DNA of 48,055 bases from Bacteroidales bacterium (GTDB taxonomy: Bacteria; Bacteroidota; Bacteroidia; Bacteroidales; JACABE01), in NCBI GenBank assembly GCA_023251515.1, contig JAHEYQ010000007.1, forward strand, positions 50,363 through 98,417, given 5' to 3'. Shown here piece by piece: positions 19,449 to 28,135 of this stretch (position 1 is the stretch's first letter; each line of letters starts with the position of its first letter). The notes beneath the pieces were generated by a model. That model was not told where the DNA came from, made no database searches, and worked only from the letters and a program-made list of their open reading frames with translations. The position numbers and the translations under genes are program-made.

Positions 19449-20121
19449 AGATAGTCTTCCTTTATATCAACCGCCAAGACTTAATGATCTTAAAGTTGCA
19501 CCGTCTCTTGAGGTCGATAAAATTTTAGTATTTATTGATACAAATATTCCCAATTTTTGTCTTTACTACCAGTCGATAAAAGATTCTGAGAAGGAAAACC
19601 GGATAAGTGATTTGCTGATTCATCATTTTCAACTCTGTAAAACAGAACAGGCTGGTGGCTTTTTCCCTTTTGATTTCAGAAAAAACCCAACACAAGAACA
19701 TTCTACAAAAGAGACTGATATTGGTGTTTTTGTGATGACAAGAAATTCAAAACCTCTTCCGATAATTGAGTTTGAAGCAAAAAGGTTTTCAGAATCATCC
19801 AACAATAAAGAATATGTATGCGGAGATAGAGGAGGTATTGAACGTTTTAAAAGAGGGCATCATTCTTCCCATCTTACTATTTGTGGAATGTTTGGGTATG
19901 TACAAAGTCGAACTTCTGATAAATGGATAACCAAAGTGAATAACTGGATATGTGAATTATCATTAAAGAATACAGATAAAACGATTGAATGGAAAGATAA
20001 AAAAGAATTATTAGTAAAAAAGACTTCTTTTCCTAATATTGAAAAACTTTCTTCTCTTCATTCACGTAAACAATCAAATGATAATATTGCTCTTTGGCAT
20101 TATTTTATCGAACTAAGATAG
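19441..20121 (+). CDS. Hypothetical protein translationally coupled to the RM-like gene; possible PD-(D/E)xK nuclease-fold protein
   Basis: ATG at 19441 overlaps the upstream TAA (ATGCTTAA). Segment DIGVFVMTRNSKPLPIIEFEAKR gives a D-x17-E-x-K pattern. No other recognisable domain. Confidence 0.4.
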   Translation: MLKDSLPLYQPPRLNDLKVAPSLEVDKILVFIDTNIPNFCLYYQSIKDSEKENRISDLLIHHFQLCKTEQAGGFFPFDFRKNPTQEHSTKETDIGVFVMTRNSKPLPIIEFEAKRFSESSNNKEYVCGDRGGIERFKRGHHSSHLTICGMFGYVQSRTSDKWITKVNNWICELSLKNTDKTIEWKDKKELLVKKTSFPNIEKLSSLHSRKQSNDNIALWHYFIELR

Positions 20122-20280
20122 TTTATTTTGATTGTCCTTTTAAAGCAGTATTAATTTATCAAATTAATTAATCCAAGCTGTGTTTAAATCCAAATATAAA
20201 ATTACATTTCAGCTCGACATACTTCTATAAATAAATAACAATTATTTTTAATCCAACTCAATCCATTTATTTTATATAAC

Positions 20281-20303
20281 CATCTATATAAATTATATAG
20301 ATG
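20281..20303. promoter_or_regulatory. Perfect 23-bp palindrome CATCTATATAA-A-TTATATAGATG in the AT-rich spacer
   Basis: Exact inverted repeat read directly. A second near-palindrome ATCAACATCTAT-N9-ATAGATATTGAT lies at 20423-20455. Confidence 0.4.
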
Positions 20304-20493
20304 ATTATTCTTTTTATATAGTTAACTATTAATTTTATATAATAAATTTTATATAATAAATAATCATTTATATAAATAATATAACAGTCTATTCTTTTTA
20401 TATAGATAGTTATTAAAATAATATCAACATCTATATATTTTTAATAGATATTGATACTTTTTTTATAGATTCAGATGTTTTGAATACCTCCCG

Positions 20494-20979
20494 CTATTTT
20501 TTTTCGGGCTCTTGTGGCTTATTTTTAGGACGGCGGCTCACTTCAAAACGGGGTTTCAATAATTCGTAGGCCGTGCGTGAGCCTGATATATTGTTTTTTT
20601 GTGCAAGTTTCACAAAATTATAGATAAATACTGCTGCTTTCATGGCTTCGGAACCAGTTTTCAGACGTGTATCAGATAACTGTGAACTTAATATTCTTAA
20701 CTTGCTTTCTATTGACGACAACTTATCTTCATAATCAAGGTCTTTCTTCATTTCGGCAATATCTACAAAGGGTGGAACTAACTCGTTAAACTCTTTGCCA
20801 ATGCTGTAAGCGTTTTCAACAAAAGAATAACTGCGATCGCCCTTCTTATGACACTTTTTGCGTTCTTTAATCGAAAGCGTTATCAATGACGGAAACAATG
20901 ATGTAAGTTCATCAATCATCAACATTATTTTATTGTAGGTTTCCTGCTCCATTACTGCAGAAACTTCATTATTATTCAT
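20494..20979 (-). CDS. Hypothetical protein (basic C-terminus)
   Basis: 161-aa ORF with no recognisable motif. Sits between the RM-like module and dnaG. Confidence 0.4.
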   Translation of the reverse strand: MNNNEVSAVMEQETYNKIMLMIDELTSLFPSLITLSIKERKKCHKKGDRSYSFVENAYSIGKEFNELVPPFVDIAEMKKDLDYEDKLSSIESKLRILSSQLSDTRLKTGSEAMKAAVFIYNFVKLAQKNNISGSRTAYELLKPRFEVSRRPKNKPQEPEKK

Positions 20980-21193
20980 ATGATACCAAATTAATTTGTT
21001 TTTAATTTCTTACAAATTTAAAAACAATTATTGAAATAAAGAATATTCAGAGAGGTTTTTAAGGCTTTGAAGCAAATTTAAGGTAAAAACCCAACAGATT
21101 TTAACAGATTAAACATATAGCATATTTCATCCAAAATCTTTTAACCAATCCAATGCTTTGCTAAATTTATTTCGTTTTATCGCAAAAACAGCT

Positions 21194-21201
21194 TAATTTT
21201 G
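21194..21201 (+). promoter_or_regulatory. Bacteroidetes -7 box candidate (TAATTTTG) upstream of dnaG
   Basis: TAnnTTTG match 18 nt upstream of the TTG start at 21219. Confidence 0.35.
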
Positions 21202-21218
21202 TAAAAAATATCTGGCTT

Positions 21219-23177
21219 TTGATAAAACAGGAAGACATTCAAACCATTATAGAAACTGCACGCATCGAGGAGGTTGTGGGCGATTATGTTAGTCTGAAAA
21301 AGAGAGGGATTAACCTTTTGGGTTTATGCCCTTTTCATAACGAAAAAACACCTTCTTTTACCGTTTCGCCCGTAAAAGGCATATTTAAATGCTTTGGCTG
21401 CGGCAAAGCCGGCAATGCAGTGAATTTTATAATGGAACACGAACATTTTTCGTATCCTGAAGCATTGAGGCATCTGGCCAAAAAATACAATATTGAACTG
21501 GATGAAGAATTGCCTTCGCCCGAACAAATTGCCGCTTTCGACGAAAAAGAATCGCTCTTTAATATCACCGCTTTTGCTCACAAACATTTTGTTGACAGCT
21601 TGTTTAATACCGACGAAGGCAGAGCTATTGGCCTGTCTTATTTTAAAGAAAGAGAATTTTCTGACGCCACCATCAAAAAGTTTGAACTGGGCTATACCCT
21701 CGATAAATGGGACGAATTTACCCAATATGCAAATAAGAACGGCTATACCATACAACAGCTCGAAAAAGCCGGATTAAGCACTCATAAAGAAGGCAAATCG
21801 TACGACAGATTCAGAGCCAGGGTGATGTTTCCGATACACAGCCTTTCGGGAAAAGTAATTGCTTTTGGCGGACGTATTCTGGATGCCGACAAAAGCAAAC
21901 CCAAATATGTAAATTCGCCCGAAACCGATATTTACAATAAAAGCAAAGTACTTTACGGATTAAATTTTGCCAAAAATGCCATCAGCACTCATGACAATTG
22001 CTTTTTGGTAGAAGGTTATACCGATGTAATTACACTGCATCAGGCAGGTATAGAGAATGTGGTTGCCTCATCGGGCACATCGCTTACCACCGAGCAAATA
22101 AAACTCATATATCGTTACACAAAAAACATTACCATACTTTATGATGGCGATCCGGCAGGTATAAAAGCCAGTTTCAGAGGAATAGATATGATTTTGGAAC
22201 AAGGTATGAATGTGAAAATCGTACTTTTCCCCGATGGGGAAGACCCCGATTCGTTTACCCGCAAAAACCGTTCGGCTGAAGTTCTGGATTATCTTTCGGC
22301 AAACGCTCTTAATTTCATACTCTTTAAAACCAATCTTTTATTAGCCGAAACCGCAAACGACCCTATCAAACGGGCAGGCTTAATCAAAGAAATTGTTTCT
22401 ACCATTTCGCTTATTCCCGATTCGATAAACAGATCGGTATATACCCGCGAATGCAGTTCGTTACTCGATATTCCTGAGCAAACGCTTATACATGAGCTAA
22501 ACAAACTTGCCCGCAAAAAATTATCAAAAGCATTTGAAGCTGAAGGACAGCCTGAATTGCCCGAAGCAGTTGCGCATGTTTTGCCAAAACAAGAAGATGA
22601 AATAGAAACAGATAATGCTGAATTTCAGGAAAAAGATATAATCAGAATTTTGCTCAACCATGGCGATAAAGAACTGTTGATAAAAGCTAAAAATCAGGAA
22701 AATGGAGAAGTTGAAGTAAATGTTACGGTAGCATTTTTGATAATAAACGATTTAACTAACGAGGATTTTGGTTTCAAAAACGAAATTTATCAACAGATAT
22801 TTCAGGAATTTACCGACAGAATACAAGAAGAAAGCATACCAGATAAAACCTTTTTCACCAATCATGAAAATTCGAAAATAAGAGAAACAGCCATAAATCT
22901 GATGAGTTCGCCTTTTACACTAAGCGATAATTGGGATAAGATGCATCATATTTATGTTCCTCAGGAAGAAGATTCAAAAATTCTGGAGCAATCAGTAAGA
23001 CATTCGGTTTTGTCTTTTAAACTGAAGAAAACCGAAGAAGTTCTTAGCCTGAACGCCAAAGAAATAAAAGAAGAAACCGAAGAAGATAATCTGTTGATAT
23101 TAATGTTAAAACAAAAGACATGGCTGGATATTAAAAAAGCCATTTCGGCTGAATTGGGAAGAATCGTAATCAGATAA
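21219..23177 (+). CDS. dnaG: DNA primase DnaG
   Basis: CHC2 zinc finger (CPFHNEKTPSFTVSPVKGIFKCFGCGKAGNAVNF), RNA-polymerase domain and TOPRIM (LVEGYTDVITLHQAG...ILYDGDPAG). The ORF track uses a TTG start; exact start is uncertain. Confidence 0.93.
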   Translation: MIKQEDIQTIIETARIEEVVGDYVSLKKRGINLLGLCPFHNEKTPSFTVSPVKGIFKCFGCGKAGNAVNFIMEHEHFSYPEALRHLAKKYNIELDEELPSPEQIAAFDEKESLFNITAFAHKHFVDSLFNTDEGRAIGLSYFKEREFSDATIKKFELGYTLDKWDEFTQYANKNGYTIQQLEKAGLSTHKEGKSYDRFRARVMFPIHSLSGKVIAFGGRILDADKSKPKYVNSPETDIYNKSKVLYGLNFAKNAISTHDNCFLVEGYTDVITLHQAGIENVVASSGTSLTTEQIKLIYRYTKNITILYDGDPAGIKASFRGIDMILEQGMNVKIVLFPDGEDPDSFTRKNRSAEVLDYLSANALNFILFKTNLLLAETANDPIKRAGLIKEIVSTISLIPDSINRSVYTRECSSLLDIPEQTLIHELNKLARKKLSKAFEAEGQPELPEAVAHVLPKQEDEIETDNAEFQEKDIIRILLNHGDKELLIKAKNQENGEVEVNVTVAFLIINDLTNEDFGFKNEIYQQIFQEFTDRIQEESIPDKTFFTNHENSKIRETAINLMSSPFTLSDNWDKMHHIYVPQEEDSKILEQSVRHSVLSFKLKKTEEVLSLNAKEIKEETEEDNLLILMLKQKTWLDIKKAISAELGRIVIR

Positions 23178-23346
23178 AGCGATTGACCGTTACATTTTAT
23201 TAGAAAGCTTAAGATTAATCAATTCGCTTAAAATAACAATCAATTGGTATTAAAAAAGCAAAACCGAAAGCTGGGTTTTAAGCATTCCCGCCACTGTTTT
23301 TAAATCGGTTAAATCAATAGCCTGATTGAGTTGAGGTATTGCTTGA

Positions 23347-24114
23347 TTATGGTTTGTTATTGTTAAGACTTCCGTTATAATCTCTTGCCGCATCAATAAA
23401 TGCAGCTGCAATACTTAGCGAAAAATCATCATAAATATTCATTCTTTCGGGATGCCACTGCACACCTAATAAAAACGGACGATTTTCGGGATTTTTCCAT
23501 TCAATGGCTTCAATAATTCCATCTTCGGAAGATGCTGACACTTTAAATAAGTCGGCACAGCGGTCGATAGATTGATGATGATATGAGTTAACAATATAAT
23601 TATCAGCAGTTCCAATTGAATACAAAAGTGTTTCAGGAACAATATTGATTTTATGAAAGCATTTTTCTTTTAATTCGTCTTCCAGATGATGCTTAATTTC
23701 AGAAGGATGTTCGCTTGGTATATCGCAAATCAGACTTCCGCCGCAAGCAACATTCAGCATCTGAATTCCACGACAGATTCCCAATATTGGCATTTTCAGT
23801 CCCAAGGCTTTTAAAACCAGCAATAATTCCTGGGTATCTCTCTTGTCATCAATATCTTTACAAAGATATTCCTTTTCCTTTTTATGATAATGAAAAGGAT
23901 GGATATCATTACCTCCACTTAGTAGCAATGCAGCACAATTTTCAAGATGAACTTCAGTTTCAAATTTATTAAGTCCATAAAGGTTAACTAATTCAACACC
24001 TGATTCGCAGGCATTAATCCATTGCTGATATTTTAAATAAGAACCGGAATTGTCGCCTCTGGAAATGGCAATTTTAAGCGGTTTAGAAAAACAATCTGTT
24101 GATAAATTACCCAT
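23347..24114 (-). CDS. Class I glutamine amidotransferase, peptidase C26 (gamma-glutamyl-GABA hydrolase-like)
   Basis: GICRGIQMLNVACGGSL nucleophile motif and HHQSI...WHPE histidine region. Confidence 0.8.
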   Translation of the reverse strand: MGNLSTDCFSKPLKIAISRGDNSGSYLKYQQWINACESGVELVNLYGLNKFETEVHLENCAALLLSGGNDIHPFHYHKKEKEYLCKDIDDKRDTQELLLVLKALGLKMPILGICRGIQMLNVACGGSLICDIPSEHPSEIKHHLEDELKEKCFHKINIVPETLLYSIGTADNYIVNSYHHQSIDRCADLFKVSASSEDGIIEAIEWKNPENRPFLLGVQWHPERMNIYDDFSLSIAAAFIDAARDYNGSLNNNKP

Positions 24115-24504
24115 TTATAATGGATTTCTTTTTGATAAAAACACAGAACCTGTTCTTAATTTTTCAAGACCGGTCCATGTTTTATATTTTACTGCAAAGA
24201 AATAATAACCTGTATCGCAAGGAGCTCCGGTGGCAGTAGTTCCGGTCCATGGTTCTGTTTTATCAAATTTATTGAACACCAATTTGTGAGCAGTATCATA
24301 AATTTTTGCATTAAATTGGTCTTTATCAATCAAATTTAATGAGTCTTTCACCATCCAAAAATCATCAACACCATCGCCATCAGGAGTAAAACGGGTGGGA
24401 ATAATAATATTATCATCATTCGAAATCGGATCTTCATCTTTTCCACAAGCATAAATACTGATTGCAATCACAAATAATACTGCAAAAAATTTAAATGTTT
24501 TCAT
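24115..24504 (-). CDS. Small lipoprotein with T9SS type-B (gliding-motility-associated) C-terminal-domain-like FTPDGDGVDDFW motif
   Basis: Signal/lipobox MKTFKFFAVLFVIAISIYACGKD. FTPDGDGVDDFW matches the FTPNGDGINDxF signature. Stop abuts the start of the downstream C26 gene. Confidence 0.5.
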   Translation of the reverse strand: MKTFKFFAVLFVIAISIYACGKDEDPISNDDNIIIPTRFTPDGDGVDDFWMVKDSLNLIDKDQFNAKIYDTAHKLVFNKFDKTEPWTGTTATGAPCDTGYYFFAVKYKTWTGLEKLRTGSVFLSKRNPL

Positions 24505-24671
24505 ATATACTTTATTGTTTAATTTACTGTTCTATATAAGCATAAATTTAAAGAACCTAAGCGATACTTTTTAATCTGAAATAATTTATCAAAAATAAGC
24601 AAAATTTTATAATAGCGTATATACCTTTATTAATTTTTATTTGCTTAATTTTAAAGTTTAAAAAAATAACT

Positions 24672-25361
24672 ATGTCAAAATTGTTTTTGGTGCCCACACC
24701 TATTGGAAATCTGGAAGATATAACATTCAGAGCAATTAAAATTCTGAAAGAAGCAGATACAATTCTGGCTGAAGATACCCGAAAAACACTTATTTTGTTG
24801 AAACATTACGAAATTTCAACAAGAATGCAATCGCATCACCAGTTTAATGAGCATAAAACTTTGGCTCAAATAATCAGTAGATTACAAAGTGGAGAAAACA
24901 TAGCATTGGTTACCGATGCCGGAACTCCGGGTATTTCTGACCCTGGTTATCTGCTTGTTAGGGAATGTGTAAAAAACAATATTGAGGTAGAATGCCTGCC
25001 CGGAGCAACAGCTTTTGTTCCGGCATTGGTAAATTCTGGTTTTCCGTGCGACAGATTTATTTTTGAAGGCTTTTTGCCTGTAAAAAAAGGCAGACAAACA
25101 AAACTGAAACAATTAACAGAAAATGATTTAACTACTATCTTTTACGAATCGCCTCATCGTTTGCTGAAAACACTGGAGCAATTTGCTGAGTATTTTGGAA
25201 GCGACAGAAATGTAAGCGTTTCGAGAGAAATTACCAAAATGTATGAAGAAACCCAAAGAGGTAGTCTGGCTGATGTAATTGCTTATTATAAAGATAAAAC
25301 AATAAAAGGTGAAATAGTTATTGTACTTGAAGGCAAAACAGATAAAAAAATCGGAAACTAA
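24672..25361 (+). CDS. rsmI: 16S rRNA (cytidine1402-2'-O)-methyltransferase RsmI
   Basis: MSKLFLVPTPIGNLEDITFRAIKILKEADTILAEDTR and the tetrapyrrole-methylase fold, matching RsmI. Confidence 0.9.
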   Translation: MSKLFLVPTPIGNLEDITFRAIKILKEADTILAEDTRKTLILLKHYEISTRMQSHHQFNEHKTLAQIISRLQSGENIALVTDAGTPGISDPGYLLVRECVKNNIEVECLPGATAFVPALVNSGFPCDRFIFEGFLPVKKGRQTKLKQLTENDLTTIFYESPHRLLKTLEQFAEYFGSDRNVSVSREITKMYEETQRGSLADVIAYYKDKTIKGEIVIVLEGKTDKKIGN

Positions 25362-25375
25362 TAACGATAATTAAG

Positions 25376-26866
25376 ATGGCAGACCATAATTTTAACCAGG
25401 ATCTGGAGTTAGAAAATAACTACAAACAATTTAAAATCAAGCTCGAGAGTGTTTTCAGAAAAGTAAAACAAACAACAGATTTAAAACAAGCCAAATCTCA
25501 ATTGATTGAAATTCAATTGGAATTTAAAAATATTAAGTTAAACCGAACTGACAGAGAAGAACTTTATACAAAATTGCAACAAGAATTTGCTATTCTGAAT
25601 CAGAAGGTTGAGCAGGAAAGAACAAGCTATGAAAATGAATGTGCTGCAAATTTTTTAAACCTTAAAACCAAGGTGGAAAATGCAGAATTTATGGCAAATC
25701 ATCCGAAAGATTATAAAGAAAGCTTTAATTTTCTGATAGATGTGCAAAACGAATTTCGCGGAGTTAAATTACTAAGAGAACAAAGAGAAAACTTATACTC
25801 AAGATTGCAGAATGCTTTTGCAACATTAAAGAATTCGCAAACTCAACAAACTGTAATAGTAGAAATTACAGAAGATATTTCTGCCGATGATATTATTAAA
25901 AAGGTATCGGATGTTTGCCGCGAAATTGAATTTACTGATGATTATTATGCAAGCAAAGAAGACTTGATTGAGGTTCAGAATGAATTGCGACAGAGTAAAA
26001 TAAGCAGAGAAGTTAAAGATGATTTATTTGCAAAAATTCAGGATGCTTTTGCAGTATTAAATCTGAAAAGAGAAGAAGAAATACAAAAAACAGCAAATGA
26101 ATCTGAAGGTATTTTGCTTGATTTACAAAAAAAAGTAAGCGAAATATCAGAAGAAATTAAAACAAATAATGACTATAAAACGCTGAGAGACAAACTGAAA
26201 TTGCTTCAGCTGGAAATGAGAGATTTGAACCTGACCAAAGAACACCGTAAGGAAATATCGGAGCAAATACAGCTATGCTTTGAAGAAATTTTCGACTTAC
26301 AGGATAAAGAAAGAGGATATTTTCACAAAGAATCAAAAGAAAATTATATAACGCTTAAAGAGCTGATAAATAAAGCCTATAAGCAAGCAGAAACTACTCA
26401 CGAATACAAAGATACCCGCGAATTTCTGAAAAAAATACAAGGAGAGTTTAAGGGAATTAAACTAAAAAGCGACGAAAGAGAAGAACTTTATACCAAACTG
26501 CAAAAGGCATTTGAAATATTAAATACCCGTGTAGATGAGTATTTTCATACCAAGAAAAAGAATTGGGAAGTACGTATGCAATATAAAATTGCAGAAATGC
26601 AAACAGAAATTGAGAATCTGGAAGATGAAATAGAAGACGAAAAAGAAAATCTGCTTGAACTTGAAGATCAGCTTGATATTATAATAACATCGGGCAAGCA
26701 AACCATTGCAAAAGAAGGACTAATGGCAAGAATATCTTCTTCGAAAATAAGTATTCAGAAGAAAACAGAAAAAATTGCCGAAATGGATGCAGAACTCGAA
26801 AAACTGGAAGAAAGAGTTAACGGTAGCATTGCTGAAGATGCCGCAGAAGATGAATTTAATTCATAA
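25376..26866 (+). CDS. Coiled-coil protein with five ~78-aa internal repeats (DUF349-like architecture), acidic C-terminus
   Basis: Repeats centred on ELYTKLQQEFAILNQK / NLYSRLQNAFATLKNS / DLFAKIQDAFAVLNLK / ISEQIQLCFEEIFDLQ / ELYTKLQKAFEILNTR at ~78-aa spacing. Confidence 0.6.
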   Translation: MADHNFNQDLELENNYKQFKIKLESVFRKVKQTTDLKQAKSQLIEIQLEFKNIKLNRTDREELYTKLQQEFAILNQKVEQERTSYENECAANFLNLKTKVENAEFMANHPKDYKESFNFLIDVQNEFRGVKLLREQRENLYSRLQNAFATLKNSQTQQTVIVEITEDISADDIIKKVSDVCREIEFTDDYYASKEDLIEVQNELRQSKISREVKDDLFAKIQDAFAVLNLKREEEIQKTANESEGILLDLQKKVSEISEEIKTNNDYKTLRDKLKLLQLEMRDLNLTKEHRKEISEQIQLCFEEIFDLQDKERGYFHKESKENYITLKELINKAYKQAETTHEYKDTREFLKKIQGEFKGIKLKSDEREELYTKLQKAFEILNTRVDEYFHTKKKNWEVRMQYKIAEMQTEIENLEDEIEDEKENLLELEDQLDIIITSGKQTIAKEGLMARISSSKISIQKKTEKIAEMDAELEKLEERVNGSIAEDAAEDEFNS

Positions 26867-26872
26867 GCACTG

Positions 26873-28111
26873 CTAAATTCCCAACAATTGCATTACAGGA
26901 TCTTTACCGTTAAACAGCATTTTAGCCGGATTTTCAATCATTTCTTTCACTTTTACCAGAAAACCTACTGATTCGCGTCCGTCAATTACTCTGTGATCGT
27001 ATGAAAGAGCAATATACATCATGGGCTGAATTTTAACTTCACCATTAATAGCCACAGGACGTTCGATAATATTGTGCATTCCAAGTATGGCACTTTGTGG
27101 TGGATTGAGTATCGGTGTTGACATCATACTGCCGAAAACACCGCCATTGGTAATGGTAAAGGTTCCGCCGGTCATTTCTTCAAGCGTTATTTTATTGTCG
27201 CGGGCTTTGGTAGCCAGTTCTTTTATTTTCAGTTCAATTTCGGCTATACTTAAGCTTTCGGCATTGCGAATTACCGGAACTACCAATCCTTTGGGTGCAC
27301 TTACAGCTATACTGATATCGGCATATGATGGAGTTATAAGTTCGTCGCCATTAATCATTGAATTTACATTGGGATATAGGCTTAAAGCTTCTGTAACAGC
27401 CTTAGTAAAAAACGACATAAATCCGATTCCAACTCCGTATTTTTCCTTGAATTTTTCGCCGTATTGTTTTTTCAGATTGAGCAATGCACTCATATTTACC
27501 TCGTTGAAAGTAGTTAGCATAGCCGTTTGATTTTTAACGGCAACCAATCTTTCGGCTAATTTCTGACGTAAAGGAGTCATTTTTTTATGTTCGCTTTCGC
27601 GGGAAAAACTTGCTTTAGTAGTAGCAACAGGCTGAGAAGTGAGGTTTGCCAATTCCTTGCGCGAAATGCGGATGCTGTTGTATTTTTCGATAAGCTGCTG
27701 TTCCGAAATCTGATTTTCTTCCATCACCTTGCGGGCTAATGGCGAAATATGAATATTTACATCGGATGATTTGGCTGTTTTTACCTCAGCTTTTGGCTGT
27801 TGAACTGCTTTAATTTCAGTTTTTACAACTTCTTTAGTTTCAATTTTTGGTTCCGATGCTTTGGATTCGGCTACTACACTGCTATCGATGGTGCAAACCA
27901 CAGCACCAACATTTACTGTATCGCCTTCGGCAGCATGAATTTTAATTTTACCATCTTCGGCAGCATAAATACTTAAAGTAGCTTTATCTGAGTCTATTTC
28001 GGCAATTTCGGCATCTTTTTCCACCATATCGCCATCGGCTACCAGCCATTTCGATAATAAAACCTGTGAAATTGATTCGCCCGGACTCGGAACTTTTACT
28101 TCTATCATCAT
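26873..28111 (-). CDS. sucB: 2-oxoglutarate dehydrogenase E2, dihydrolipoyllysine-residue succinyltransferase
   Basis: Lipoyl domain ([17 protein letters not shown]), Ala/Pro/Lys linker, and catalytic domain with DHRVIDG. Confidence 0.9.
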   Translation of the reverse strand: MMIEVKVPSPGESISQVLLSKWLVADGDMVEKDAEIAEIDSDKATLSIYAAEDGKIKIHAAEGDTVNVGAVVCTIDSSVVAESKASEPKIETKEVVKTEIKAVQQPKAEVKTAKSSDVNIHISPLARKVMEENQISEQQLIEKYNSIRISRKELANLTSQPVATTKASFSRESEHKKMTPLRQKLAERLVAVKNQTAMLTTFNEVNMSALLNLKKQYGEKFKEKYGVGIGFMSFFTKAVTEALSLYPNVNSMINGDELITPSYADISIAVSAPKGLVVPVIRNAESLSIAEIELKIKELATKARDNKITLEEMTGGTFTITNGGVFGSMMSTPILNPPQSAILGMHNIIERPVAINGEVKIQPMMYIALSYDHRVIDGRESVGFLVKVKEMIENPAKMLFNGKDPVMQLLGI

Positions 28112-28135
28112 GATATAAATATTTTTTGTTTTTTA

